Assembly: GCA_016748015.1 (NCBI GenBank)
Contig: JAAOMT010000607.1
Location: 806,001-870,000, forward strand
Direction: 5' to 3'
DNA: 64,000 bases
DNA from: Geosiphon pyriformis uo1
Lineage: Eukaryota; Fungi; Glomeromycota
The notes below the pieces were generated by a model that saw nothing but the letters and a program-made list of their open reading frames with translations, ran no database searches and was not told the origin of the DNA. A program made the position numbers and the translations under genes. This document shows, one piece after another, positions 24,593 to 38,778 of this stretch. Each line of letters starts with the position of its first letter. The stretch's first letter is position 1.

Positions 24593-27056
24593 ATGCAAAT
24601 TTTGGGCAAGTCGTGTGAATATTCAAACGTTATGTCCTCTCACCTTAACGTTTCCACCCCTGTCGAAGCGAATAGCAAGTTAAAGCAACTCACCTTAGAA
24701 GAATTATTTGGAAATACCCCTTTATCTAATATCTCCAACTCTCCAAAGTCCCCGTCCTCAAGTCAAAGGCGTAAATGTGTCCAGTCATCTAACAATCGTT
24801 CGGCTGTCTCCTCACCGTCTAACACCCCACTTTGCGGAGGAATATCGCTCACCACTGGACTTCCCTGCAGACGTCTTGTCACTTCAGACAATTTTTGTTT
24901 TCATCATCGATCACAGAGGTTGGGACTCAATGGTAATCTCTTCGGAATGCCCACCACACCGAGAAATGGTATTTTGGATCTCTCGGAAACCGTTCAATTA
25001 ACTGAAGCGAGGGATCTCGTAGATATTGATGATGAAGCTTCAGTCAAAAGCGTAACTCGTGAGCAAAACAGTCCTATTCCCTCATTATTGCTCGATGAAA
25101 GTGACAATGAGTTCAAAGAGGTAGAGACTTTGGTGAATCAATTGAACGAAATATCGATCGCTAAAGTTGAAACGCTCTATGATGATAAATCCCAAAGACG
25201 TGACCGAGTTCATGATCGCGATATCAAAGCAACATCCAGCTCCACCTCAAAAACTGAAATGCAGTCGACTGATTCCTTAATTGTTCCAACTTTGCCCACA
25301 AAAATTGAACATAAACCATTAAAAATAAATATGACTCAATCATCTAAAAGAGGTTCCTCACTTGTGCCATCCAAGGAAAATTCAAATACTCCATCAGTTT
25401 CATCACCTATATTTTCAAAGACGTTCCCCTCGACTCCATCAGAGACTACTCATCAAAAAGCGAAAACACCAACACCTTTTAAAACTAATTTCACGGACAA
25501 TATGTTTAGAACACCGCCTACACCGACAACGAATGTAATGAACCAAGAGGTGTCACCTCACTCTCCACGACTTTTACCTGAGATCTATGATAATAAACAA
25601 CAGGAGATTGGTTGCTCAGACCCTAGTGGCCAATCATTTAAATCAGACAGTCAAAAGGAAAATGTTTTACTGAGTCCAAAAATAGGGAATGAGCATTTGA
25701 AATCACGAGAAACTTCCCGGCAACTCCTCCAATCCGAAAATTCCGAACTCCCAGATGGCGAATATAAGAGAGAGTCTAATTCAGTTCAGAGGAGCTCCGA
25801 GCATCCGGAAGAGGATAAATATTTCGAGATATGGCATGACTTTTCCGCTCCTTCTAATACATCCGAGTCGTCTTTGCCATCTGAAAGTGAACTTGAGGAA
25901 TCTTGGGTAACTCAATCCAAAAAAACAGAAATCGAATCCACTTCTTTGTCTAAAAGTTTTACCAATAAGAAATCAATTGGTGTCGAAGAAAGTCTTTCAA
26001 ACCCTAATGAATCCAGCCTACTCACAACCACATGTGCACGAGTTCAAATAGATTTTGAAAATCAAAAAATCTTTACGGCACCATCTGACTCATCTTCATT
26101 CAAAAAATCGCCAGGCTCTATTCGGTGTCAGGGTTGCAATAGCAAAACGGGGAATCAATGTGCGCGCTCAATTAAAATTACCAATGAAACCGCAAATTTG
26201 GTGGAATGGCATTGCTTTCAGCATCGAGTAGAAAATGCTAATTTGGAGTCTTCCTTAATCATGGAATCTTTAGCATTTGTTCCGGGACAATCGAAAATTG
26301 TATGGCTCAGATTTGAGGGTACTCCTTCCGTTTTTAAGTTGATTATTTTATTAACAAGATCTCAATTGGTGAAATTAAATTTATTATGGTTTTCGGGCAT
26401 GTGACCAGATTGGGTTAAAAAAAATTTAAAGCCAGAAACTAAAAAAATGTTGGTCGAAGAAATGAAAAAGCCTATATCGGATGGTGATGAACCTGGATTT
26501 ATTTACGCATATCAATTGGTTGACGGTAACGAGTGATTTTTTCTTTAAAAATTTCATCTTTGGAAAATTTCCTTATAATGTCTCTGTTTTATTCTCCCAA
26601 GGCCCTTCTGGGCATCATGATCCAAACTATAACTTATATAAGGTTGGAAGAGCCACTAATGTCCAGCGACGTTTGTACCAATGGCTTCGTCAATGTGGCT
26701 ATGAGCCAACAGTAATCGAATACTTTCCGAATGTAACACTGCCTAGTTCGTGTTCTCATCATGGATCTTTCACACTTAATGTTGAAGATGATCAAGATGA
26801 TAATGGCTTACAACCTGAATTGATAAATGCGTTTATAAATGGCCCAAAATGTAAGTATACTCATCGGGCCGAACGCTTGATACATATTGAGTTGGGTGAC
26901 AAATATCATGCAAACATGCCGAAATGTGAAGGTTGCGGTAACTATCATCGGGAATGGTTTAAATTACCAGCTTCCGATTTGGACGACTGGGACGAATTGA
27001 GGCGCGTGATAGTTCATTGGCTGACATACATAGAAAAAACATATGGAGTGGGGTAG
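24593..27056 (+). CDS. T5orf172/Mug113-type GIY-YIG domain protein; exons 24593 (or 24632)-26318, 26409-26525, 26602-27056
   Basis: PGFIYAY, YKVGRATNVQRRLYQW..QC, ERLIHIEL, C..CG..HREWF; in-frame introns. Confidence 0.87.
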
Positions 27057-27491
27057 AAGATTCTGTTGATTCGCTTGTTGAAATCAAAATATTTTTGGAA
27101 ATCAACCCTTTCTTCAAGACATATTTATCACTTAACTCCCCTGATCAAATAAATCGGTAGATTTTGCGGATCTAACTTGATGGAAAACCGGAAAAAAAAA
27201 ATGAATTCAAGATTCCGATATACGCATGTACAAAGACAATAAATAAAAAAAGATTTTGTCACAAAATGAACTTTTCAAAAGTATTCACATTTTTGGCTCG
27301 AAATCAAAGTTAATATATTCTCCATTTGGTGATTCTAATCTGGACAGTAAATTATTTGACATGAAAAAACTCTTTCCTCAATGAAAAAACAATATCGACT
27401 TTTAACACCTTTTTTTTATCAAAAAGATTTCTTACCAAAATAAGTAATTTTTTTTTGAACATTATTATAAATTTTATTAAATTAATATACA

Positions 27492-27512
27492 CCGGGTGAC
27501 TGGTCACGTGTA
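27492..27512 (+). promoter_or_regulatory. GTCACGTG E-box module upstream of the 27693 gene
   Basis: CCGGGTGACTGGTCACGTGTA, isolated in AT-rich intergenic DNA ~180 bp before the ATG. Confidence 0.5.
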
Positions 27513-27692
27513 TGTATATTTTAATGTATTATAATATTTTTCATATACATATAAATCTTGTAATATTTTGAAATGAAATGAATGTAAAAAATATTTTTGT
27601 AACATGGTAATTTATTCTATTACTTAATAATTTTATATTAATAAAAACAATTTAAAAATTCTAAAGTTAGTCTCCTTTTTCATAATAAAACA

Positions 27693-28767
27693 ATGAACTT
27701 TTCATCTGAACAAGAAGACAACGAATTTCCAACATTATCCTCACTCGAATCTCTGCCCACAAAAGACCCACAGGTCTTCTCACTATTTAACACTGAAGAT
27801 CCGTTGCCACTACCGCCTATACATAAAATTTCACTAAATTCAACTGTTGTTTATTCTGGACAACGGTTTCAAACGTATTTGCCTAAATTCCGTAGTTTAG
27901 AGTCAAAATCTCGGATTGGTAGTAAAAATCAAAGTGAGTACTTTTAAGTAAACTTTTTGACAGTAAATGAGATAATGGATGTTACACACTCTGAAATAAA
28001 TTTCTATTTTATTAACGTAATTTTTCATTATTTTTCTTAATGAATGAATCGCTGTATTAAATTTTGATGTGAAAATTACTCGAGAAAAAATAATTGAACG
28101 TAAGCGAACTGATTCGTTTTTTCGGTATGAAGTTAAGCGTAAAGATAAGGGCTCGAATGTGAATATCATAATTTAACTTTCTTTGGGTTGTAGTTGTCAG
28201 ATTCACTGAATAATTATGATTTTTTTGATTCAATCCTTCCATTTATCGTCCGAAAAAGAACAGTCTTTCACACAAAAACTAGTAATTGGACCAGCTATCG
28301 GCCCAGTTGTAGCTTTTCATAACATGATACCCTCTTCCCAATCTCGTTCTGCTTCACCATCATCATCTTCTTCTTCACCATCACCATCACCATCATTAAC
28401 CACTCAGACTACAAAGCAAAAACGAAAAGACATCACTAGTGTCCCCAAAAAGACGATATCACCGAAAAAGAATTCTCGTAAAAAGAAAAGAGGTATATTT
28501 GATCCTGACTTTTCAACTGCAAGTGAAAATGGCGATGGTCAAGATGAAGTTGGTGATAATGATGTAAGAGGAGACAAAGCAAAGGATCAAGCTGATTTTG
28601 GATGGGCAATGTTTGAACGTGCTCGTTTAAATGATGATGGCTTGGTTAAAGGTAGTTCAAGTAGATCATCAATTACGAGAGGGAAAACGAGAGGTAGTGG
28701 AAATAGAAGCGGAGTGCAAAAGAGAAAAAATCGATCAACAAGAGGTCAAAGGATACGAAGAAGTTAA
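27693..28767 (+). CDS. Hypothetical Ser/Lys/Arg-rich, probably nuclear protein; at least 2 exons (27693-27933, ~28259-28767)
   Basis: CpG-retaining coding-like sequence, GTGAGT donor at 27934, basic clusters; acceptor or middle exon uncertain. Confidence 0.55.
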
Positions 28768-29889
28768 GGTATTGCTACGATTATTTTACATCCATTTGTA
28801 GAGTATAAAATATAAAATGATCAAATTCTAAAAATACAAAACGTGTCAATCATCGATTGTTCTCAAATATGATTTTTTCGTCCAGCATCTAAACAAAATT
28901 AAATTATATGCTTATTTTATATGAAGTTAAGTTAATAATTATAAAAAAAGAAAATAACAAAATAATAATGAGATAAATAAATAAAATTACTTTGAGACAT
29001 TTGTAATGATTACATTTTCGATTAAAATTGCTAAAACTTTATTAATTAAACATTAATGTAATTCTTTTAACTTTTCATATTTATAAATTAATCATTGGTT
29101 AAACATTAAGTTAAATATTATTAACATAAAATAAATTTAATAATATTTTTTTTAAGTAATTAAAAAGTATTATATATATATAAATTTTATTAAATTCAAA
29201 TGTTTTAAAATTTTATAATATATTTTTAAAATATATTTTTTATTAATATATAAATTATTAACAATTTATTAAAATTGAAAATATTAACAAAAAATAAACA
29301 ATAAAAAATATATAATATTTCAATTATTAAAAAACAATGATTTTATGTTTTTTAAAAACTTTAATTCTATTATTATTGTATTTAAATAAGCTTTTTTTTG
29401 AAAAAATTGGTTTAATTATTTAATTTTGTTTTATTAAAACTTATAAAATAACTAATTTTAATTTATTAAAATAAGTAATTAATTAATTTTAAATTATTAA
29501 GTATTTTATTAAACTTTTAAATATTTTGCCAATTTTTTAAATATTACATAGTTTAAAATATTATATAATCTAATTATTGTATTTTTAATTATATTTGTAT
29601 ATTATATAAATTAAAACTATAATAATATTTAATAATTTAATTAAATAATAATTAAGATAATATTATATATTAATTGATAATGAAAATTATAAAAATAACT
29701 TTATATTAATTAATAATTTAATTTTTATTTAATAATAATACTGTTTTTAAAATATTAAACTTAAATTTAATGTTAAAAAATATTTTATAACTACAACTAA
29801 AGCAAAGAATAAAAAAGCTGCAACTAATACTTTTTTTTTGGTATTTTATAAAGTTTTAACCAGAAAAGTTTTCTCTGTTGTATAAATAG

Positions 29890-31697
29890 TTTTATAAGTA
29901 ATTATTTGAGTGTTACAACAAATAACAAATCCATAACTTGGTATTTAATAACTAGTAATAATAATGGTTTCTAAAAGTTTGAAGTTTAAAGATTTTGATT
30001 AAATTCTTTGTATAATGAACAAAAATTTAATGAATGGTTTTTTCTATGGATTTTTTTTTTCAATATAATAGTCAGTTTATTCTGACAATTGTGCTTTTTT
30101 GGTAAATTATTCTTAAATTTCTATCTTTGTTTCTGGGTCTTTTACCAAACTATTCTTGACATTGTTATTAATAGAATTTTAATTATTAATTAACATAAAA
30201 TTATTCTTATAATTCTTATTATTAATTAGTATATTATATTATTTCAAGTATTACTTATTAACTTAATTAAATTATCAAATATTACTATTTAATTAATAAT
30301 TTGATTTGTATAAATAGAAATTAAAATAATCAAATTACATAATATTTCGAACTATGTAATATTTAAGAATTTACCAAAATTTGCAAAAATTTGTAGAAAT
30401 TTGTAGAAATAATAAATAGTTTATTAAAATAGTTAATAGTTTAATAAAATAATTTGTAGTTTAATGAAATATATTTTTAGTTCATTAAAATTATAGCAAA
30501 AAAAAAAGTTCAAGTTTATAGACTAGTATTATAACAAGTTGTATAAAAAAAAAGCTTTTTTTTGAAAAAATGTATTTTTTTATATATATTTTTCTTTAGA
30601 TTTATTCTTGTTAGTACAATTTAAAAATAAAAATATATTTTAAAAACCAATTTTTAAAAAGCATTTATGCTTGATATTTTCTGAAACCTAACTAATACTT
30701 TTAAAATTGATTAACTACTAATTTTAGTAAACTATTAGTAACTTCAGATCTGAATAGAAAACAATTTTTTTAACAATATTTTATTTTTTTTTCATTTTTT
30801 TTATTTTTCTCTTTTTTTATTATTATAATTATTAAGATAACCTACAAACAAAATTCCTGTAGAAAAGTTGACTTTTATAGCAAAGTAACTACATATTTTT
30901 AGTAAGCTTTTAGATGAGCAATTTCTAAGAAAGAGTTAATGTTTACTACAATATAACTATACAAAGTAATTGGCATAAAATTGGTTATTTCACTAATAAG
31001 CCCTATAATTTAAATTATAGAAGATAATTTAAAAATAAAATTCAATTATTAGAGATTTAACTACTTTCAAAAAATATGAATTTACAACAAATAAGCATTA
31101 ACAATATTTAAGAAAAAAAACCAAAAAACTTTCAGTAACAATATTAATTACTTAGTATTTAATTTTTTTAATTAATTAATAAACAACAAAAAAATAAAAC
31201 AAAAATAAAAAAAATAAGAAAATGAAATAAAAATTAGTATTTTATTAATAGTTATAATTAAAAACTATTGATCTAATGTGGTTATATATTGGATTTTATC
31301 AATATAAAGTATTAATAGTATAGAATTTATTAATAATTTTTAATTAATTTTATGATAATATATATTTAAATAATAATAGATGTTTTATTAATATTGGTAT
31401 GATTCTATTTTAAGTTATAAAAAACTATTTTTTAAAAAAAAAAGGATTGAATAATTATTAATCTCTAATTATTGTTTTAATTTGAATACTTTTTTTGTTT
31501 TTAATACTTTTATTATATATACATAATTTGTATTATATAAAATCTTACACATTTTTAAGCAATATACTATAATTTTTTAATAATATGTTATGATTTTCTG
31601 ATAATATGCTTATTTATTGAGTATTATTCTTCTATTAATCTATTTTTACTATCTGTTTTTGTACTTTTTTTTTGTACTTTTTTTTCTATAAATAATA
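29890..31697 (-). repeat. Solo LTR related to family C, eroded; TSD ATAG/ACAG; contains a nested family A LTR
   Basis: Colinear with 46126-46620; flanks rejoin into the host ORF1. Confidence 0.72.
30163..31140 (+). repeat. Solo LTR family A; TSD ACAT/ATAT
   Basis: Colinear with 4566-5539 end to end. Confidence 0.9.
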
Positions 31698-34600
31698 ACA
31701 GCTAGACAGAATGTTTTAAAAGCTTTTTCCTTAGTTAATAATAGTGAAAAGCTGTTTTTGGTGGCTATTAAAACATCTTTCTCATTTTTGGTTGGTTTTT
31801 TATTAGTCAAAATTTTTTTAAAAAAACATACTTAGATTAGTTTCAGTGTTGTTTCTACTCTTACCAAGAGCCCAAAAGTTTTTAATAGTAAGCCAATTAA
31901 CAAATTGAATTTTTCAACCATTGCTGTTATGTCTAATGTCATTAATACCACTTCTTTAAAAATGGCCAGAAAGATCAAAGATTCCAAAAAACAGAAGCAG
32001 TTATTCATTTTTACTATTGTTATACAAATTTCTTTGTGGTTTTTGATAAGATCTTGAATGATATCTTTATTGTATTATCTAACATATTATCTAAGATGGG
32101 CCAAAATTAACTACTGGTTGTATTTTTAAATATGGTTTTTTTTGGCAAATTATTATTAGTCTTAGAAATAAAACAACAGTCTTTTATTAAATCATTTATT
32201 TTTAAAAACTGGACTGATTAAATAAAAACTGATTTATTTTTTCTGCTAATCTTTGGTACTGTTACTAATAGTGTTTAAAAAACTATTTCTAATTATCAAA
32301 ATTTTGCTAAATAGATAATTTCTACTCTGGTGCTACTTTTAAAATTAAATTGACTTATATTAAGACTGTTTTTCAGTTTGTGCATGGTTTTTTGGATATT
32401 AAGTCAGTATTAAAAAACAATATAAAGCTTTTTTGCATGAAATTTGTTTTTTAAAAGTCTTTAAAAACTGTATTTTTGGTTAAGTTTACAAGTTTTGTTC
32501 ACTTAATCATTCTTAAAATTGTTAAATCTTTGTTGGTTTTTGAGTCTGGTTCTTTTTCTGCTGTTGTTGTTTTGCATAATGTGCTTTTAAGTGTGTTTGC
32601 TGTTGATATTAAGACAATACTTAATGTTTTTGGTGAAATTATCTATGTTATACTGAAACTTGTTAGTGTTTAATAATATATTATTGTTTATTTTAAAGAA
32701 TTGAATGTTGCTGTATTTGTTTTAAATTATTGATTGGTGTTGATAAACAAGAATAGTATTAGAATTTTTTTTTAATTAATCAAAATAAAACTATTTTGTC
32801 TTATAATAAGTTTAAGACCAAATTGGTCAATTTTTTTTTTAACTATATTGCCTTTAAGATTAGTAATATAATTTTTTAAATTAATAGTCAAACTTGTTTT
32901 ATTTTTTGCTTTTTTAATTTTAGTTAATGTTTTTAGTTTACTCTGATTATATTTGGATCTTAGACTGATTTGAATACTATAGTAGTTAAAATTAATATAC
33001 TAAAGAAGTACTATATTTGATAAGAAACTTTTAATTATTGGCACTGTTTTAAATATTAAGAAATAGACTATCTGATTGTAAATTATAAGATGTTTTCACT
33101 TTTTTTTCCAAGAGTTTTAAGATTCTTAAGATATTTATATTATATTTTATAAGTATTAAGTTTTATGTTAAAGCTTTTGCTTTTTTGAGTTTTTCTGAGT
33201 TTTTATCTCTAATAACTTTTGTTTTTTTTTCTGTAATTGTTGGTGATTCTTTGGTGTCTTCTCAATTGACTTTTTTGAAATCTGATTTGGCCAAACTTTT
33301 TGCTTTAATTGAGTCAATTATCAAGTCTGTTAACTTTCTAATTGCTGTGTTTGAACAATTTATTAAGAGTAATTTGCTTTTAAACAGTATTTTTAATCTT
33401 AAAATCAATAAACTTATGATTTATTTGAATTTTTTTAGCAAAGTTGTTGATAAGTTGAAAAAAAACAGTTTTATTAAAAAAAAGTACTATATAAATAATA
33501 TTAACATGTTTAATAATTCGGATTTTCTAATTGGTATTAATGATAATACATTTTTTAACTTAATATTTTTTTGAGTACATAAGCCTAATAGTATTAAAAC
33601 TAATTTTTTAAAAACAGCTGAATAGCTGGTTAGATTGGTTTTTTGTAATGTTAAATTGTTTAATATAGTTTAAAAAATATTAACTTTGAGTAAGTTTACT
33701 TTTTATTGTATTAATATAATATAGTTTAAACTAATTTAAATAGCTAGTTACATATAGAAAATACATAAATTATATTTAGTTTTAAAACACTTAGTTTGTT
33801 TTTAATTTCTAAATAATAATTGGACTATGTTCATTAAATTTTTAAAAAAAAAATTATTATTGTAACTAATATCTTAAAAACAATTTTTAAAACAATTTTA
33901 TTACAAATTAATTTTAATAAAAACTAAAAATAAAACTTATTTAATAATTTTAACAAAAGCTTTATATTTTAATTATAATAATATTAAGTAATTTGAATTA
34001 AAAAATTTACAAAAAATTAATTATAAAATAAATTAGAATTTACACTATTAATATTTTTATAATTGAAAACCATAATTTTTATTAATTATTACATGTATTA
34101 GCCATTGATATTACATAATTAGCCATTCTATTTTTAGATAGTAATTAATGATCTGATTATTAATTTAATTATTAACCTAGTCATTAATTTAATTGTTGAT
34201 TATTTTTAATAGCTATATAAGTAATAAGTCTCTTAACTATAAAAAAACATGATCAAATATAAAAAATAAAATAACAACTATTATCTCAATTCTTCTTATA
34301 TCACTTATTTTCTTTTTTTACTTTCAAGTATTTGAACATCTTAAAATAAAAGATTACTTGTTGGGATTTATCTACTTTTTTTTTGACTTATATAATTGTA
34401 ATATTTAAAGATTATTGAATAAAATGTGATTGAAGAATATTTTTAATACTTGATATTAAATTCTAAGAATGTTAATATAAAGCATAGAATTATACTAGTG
34501 TGTTATTATTTGTTAACAGTATGAACTATTTTTCTATTTTCAAATTTTTTGGTTATCTTTTAAAAAAATAGTAATTGAGATATTTTATAAGATTGATCTT

Positions 34601-35533
34601 GCATATTAAATTCATACTTATTTAATTTACTCCTTAAAGTTGAATCCTCTTTAATTAATTCTATTACTTTACAAATTCTGTTTTCTTTTGCTATCTATTA
34701 GCTTGTTACTTTAATCCATAATAATATATTTATAAAATTTATTTTATAATACTGTTTTATGTTTTAATATTTAAAAAAAGCATTTTAAAAAAATGTTGAA
34801 TATTTGTTTCTATTTTTAAAGAATTTTTTAGGTAATAAAACTATTAAAAACAACAAAAAAAATAAAACTTGTCTTTTTTTATTTTAATTGTAATCATAAA
34901 ATTATGAAAAAGAAAGAGTTTTTTGTATATTTATAATTTTTTTTAAAATTAAAATATGTAAACACTTTATTAATTTTATATTGTTTAAACAATAATTAAA
35001 AACTTTGTAAATTTTGATAAAATTATTGTTTATTAAAATAATAATAAAATTATTTTTGCAAATTATTAAAAATTTTTATAAAACTAAAAAATAAATAAAT
35101 AATATAGTTTTAATTAGTTTGAATAGTTAATAATATGTAAAAAATATATAAATAAAAAACAATATTATTAATTGTAATTTAAACCAAAAATTAATATAAA
35201 ATTACTATTATTAACTTAACAAATATTATTATTTTACATTTTACATTTTACATTAATTATTATTAATAATGTAATTTGTACAATACACAAATTATAATTA
35301 AAATTATGTAATATTAAAAAATGATTTATAAGAATAATATTATGAAAAAATTTGATTTTTTGCGATTTATGCTGCACAACTTATAAAAGCGGGGGTAGGG
35401 TTGATTCAACCCCAAGTTTTAAGTTTTCGAAGAACTTTCTAGATATAAAAGTTTTCAGCTGATCCTAAACATAGATTTTAAATATAAGTATCAGTTTCGG
35501 AAAGCTTAATTTCTCATTTCAGATTTTAAAAAT

Positions 35534-38214
35534 ATGTATAAATTTCTAAGATTTCCCAAGGGACCAATCAGTTCAATTTCTCAAAGGCCTCATGTAACAT
35601 TTCGATTTTTTACCAATCCACCGCCATCGTTCTTACTTGAGTAAGTAACCGAAGTGATTAAACCAAAGAATTTGAACATGTCTTTCACTCATTTATTTAC
35701 TTTTAGAGAAGAAGCGTTCAAAGTGTTATTGAAGGATTTTAAAACTTCATTGAGCATGGTCAATGATTTTCAAAAGCAAAATGCTCTTGATTCAATTTCA
35801 AGAGAATTTCAAAATGAAGATCTTAATGAGTGGAGAGATGAGGATGAAGATGAAGTTATAGTTCGTCGATCACCAGAGGGAACTTTTGGTAAAAAACGAA
35901 TAGGAATGGTTGTATTACCACAATGGTTGGATGCTGCAGTAATGGAATCAATCAAAGGTTGGCTTTATCACTGATATGTTTTTGTAAGTTCCCACCGAAG
36001 TCGCTGCCTAAATGTTACACAAAGAACTTCACGTGATTGGGATAGGTACATCTTTTATATTGTCTATCATAACCCATACCTCCAACTTATTTAAGATTAT
36101 GACAGGGATTTATTACGGGTTGACGCGTTGCGGATTTATGACTCTCTTCGTTCAACTACCGGATTCATGGAAGCTGAAATGGCAGCAAAAAATAAAGGTG
36201 GTATTGGATACTATCTTAAAATTAACTTTTCCTGAACTTTCGATTTTCGATTTCTAGATCCACTCTTCGGACCTTGCAAATCTGCAGCTAGATCTTTTAA
36301 AGATGCGGCAAGTAAACATCCAAATAAGCCACATTTGCTTCAATATGGAACTCGTGAATCGATGGCCTATATGACAGGCTATATGCCGATCGCTTATGGG
36401 CCAATTTATAATGTTCTCGCTGAATTGCGAACGCGTTTGCCGGATTTTTTTCCTAAACGCATACTAGATGTCGGAACAGGACCTGGGACAGCTTTATGGT
36501 AAATGAATATTAAAAGATTTTCAAAATAAAATAAAGAAATCAGAATCAAATCTTGAAATCTTCTAGGGCGGCAAACGAAGTATGGGGAAGCAACATCCAG
36601 TTATTATTAGGAATTGACAATTCCCACCCAATGCTTCAAATCGCCGACGCATTATTGGCCAGTATGTATTTTTCCTTTTCATCTTGCTTAGCTGATTTTA
36701 AAAATAACTATTTTCTGACCCAAATATTTTTATAGTGCGCCCCAAAACAAGTCCAAATTCAGAATTCGTTTTCAAACGTTATATGGAATATGATTCCAAT
36801 GTAAGAAGTTTGTGTCATTTCTCTTCAACTGTTAATTTCGTTTAATATAGATAACTATGATTTTAGGAAGAGAAATATGATCTTGTCATTAGCTCTTTCG
36901 CGCTCAATGAATTTGGTGGTGAAGGGATTAAGAGCGCAATGATTAATTCAATGTGGAATCAGACTAAGGATATATTGGTATTTGATATGCTATCTCACCC
37001 ATAAACGCGATTTTGGTGATTTATAGAAAAGTATATAAATAGGTTTTGGTCGAAAGAGGAACGCCTGCAGGTTTTCAGGCAATCGCTAAGGCACGTAAAA
37101 AAATCTTGGAAGAGTCCAACAATCAACTTGTGATGGCTCAGCAAGGTATCAGTCTTGGGCAAACTTTCTCACAAGAGAACCCCGTTACAAAAGCAGAAAA
37201 AGATTCGACCTCAATTCAAGGAGCCCATGTTGTCGCACCTGTAGTGTATAATCCTGTTTTCTCGAAAGATTGAAGATCTAGTTATTGTATATTGAAATTA
37301 AATTTTGCACAAATATACACATTTCACAAGTGTCCACACGATGGCCAGTGTCCGATACTCTCATCCAGAAATTGGTGCCATTTCTCGCAAAGGATACAAA
37401 GACCTTCTTATCTAGTAAGGCCGTTTTGTGTTTGTCATATTTCATCATTTATTTGGAATACATAATTTTTGTCTTACTTATTTACAAAATCCAATACATC
37501 TCTTCATTTGACTAGATGAAAACTAAAAATGCCAAAGTTAATATTGAAGACGCTATGTACTCTTATGTGGTGATTCGAAAAGGAACTCGTCCAGGTTTTA
37601 CTGCTTCCACAAAGTCAGAGGAAGGCGTGAATGGTATTTACACCGCCGATTGATATTAAATTAAGAGGACATCAAATGATTATGTTTTTCCTAAATTCAA
37701 ATAGTACTAGCTAATCGCGCTTATCACTGGCCTCGCCTAATATTGCCGCCACTTAAACGCAAAGAACATGTTGTAATGGACTGTTGCGTAAAAAATGGCA
37801 AGTTTATTTCCCTTCTTGTAAATTCAGTTCCTCTCGAAAATTGAAACCCGAGTAAATGTCTTTTTACGGTCAATAGGAGTTATTGAAAGGTTCATAATCC
37901 CAAAATCCCAAGGTAAAATACCGTATAATGATGCCAAGAAAATAATGTGGGGTGACTTGTTCCCACACACTCCAAAAAATAAGGGAGTACAAAGATTGGG
38001 TATACCGGATGCTGAAAGACAATTAAGTACCCCTCGCTCTGCCGAAAACCCAATATCGATAAGCAAGAAACAGAGATTCCTGCAAGTAGAAGATGGTCAA
38101 GATACGCCGCTTCCAAAGCACCAAAAAATGTCCCGGAGCCAATTTAACAGGTTGACCACACCTCAATTAACACATCGCCTTCCAAAACTCAAAGAGAGAA
38201 AGTCTTATAAATAA
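35534..38214 (+). CDS. RSM22: Mitochondrial small-subunit assembly factor Rsm22/METTL17 (about 11-12 exons)
   Basis: ILDVGTGPGTALW, YDLVISSFALNE, VERGTPAGF, HVVAPCPHDGQCP..WCHFSQR, WPRLILPPLKR..HVVMDCC, WGDLFP. Confidence 0.93.
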
Positions 38215-38778
38215 ATTCTATACGTTCTATGCGAGAAATTTCATGGCAAAGGAAAGAATTGGAAATATTTTTAAATATTTCTTGAATAGAAAATTATATT
38301 GTTATTTTCCATGCTTCGGTTGGATTTTGAAATTTCATAAATTAATCCAAGTCTTGATAATAACTTGAAATTGGATGATAACGCGTGAAAAATACAATGA
38401 ATTATAAATGGGAACATAAAATGCTAAGGGAATCTTCTATTGAAGTATAGGTGATGAATAGAATATCTCTTTCTAGAATATTATATACAAAAGGATAAAA
38501 TATATTAAACAAAGGAATTCTCTTTACTAATAAAATATAAGGGTTCGGTGTGATTCCTTGAAATTAAATCGTGATCTTTTGCAAGTTGCTTTGCTTTGAA
38601 AATCATTTGCCAGGTTGGAGTTTCCTCTACAATACAAAAAATTTCTGGGATCACACAAGTCTGGAAAGCCGATTGTGGCTGACTACCATCGGCAGCCGAA
38701 AATCACCAGTTAAAAAACTAGAGATCTCTCAATGCCAATAGTACAATTTGTTCCAGAAAAACCTCATGTCTGGAGCTT

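Larger units (their letters stand above)
29770..33852 (+). mobile_element. ORF1-only LINE-like (HAL1-like) element, eroded, interrupted by LTRs
   Basis: RRM-like region aligns with LINE ORF1 at 49460-49670; eroded CCHC ~33040; coiled-coil tail; then LINE-type 3' UTR and A-tail with no ORF2. Confidence 0.75.

Noticed and set aside
19924-27056. RNase III + FYR protein + GIY-YIG nuclease as a functional defence cluster
   Set aside because: Only adjacency supports it; synteny or co-expression data would be needed
34080-34900. Possible further TE relic with two eroded TGGCTAAT-ACATGT-like motifs
   Set aside because: Too eroded to assign termini or family
37945-38214. Rsm22-Cox11 fusion as in fission yeast
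   Set aside because: ORF ends at 38214 with no Cox11 sequence
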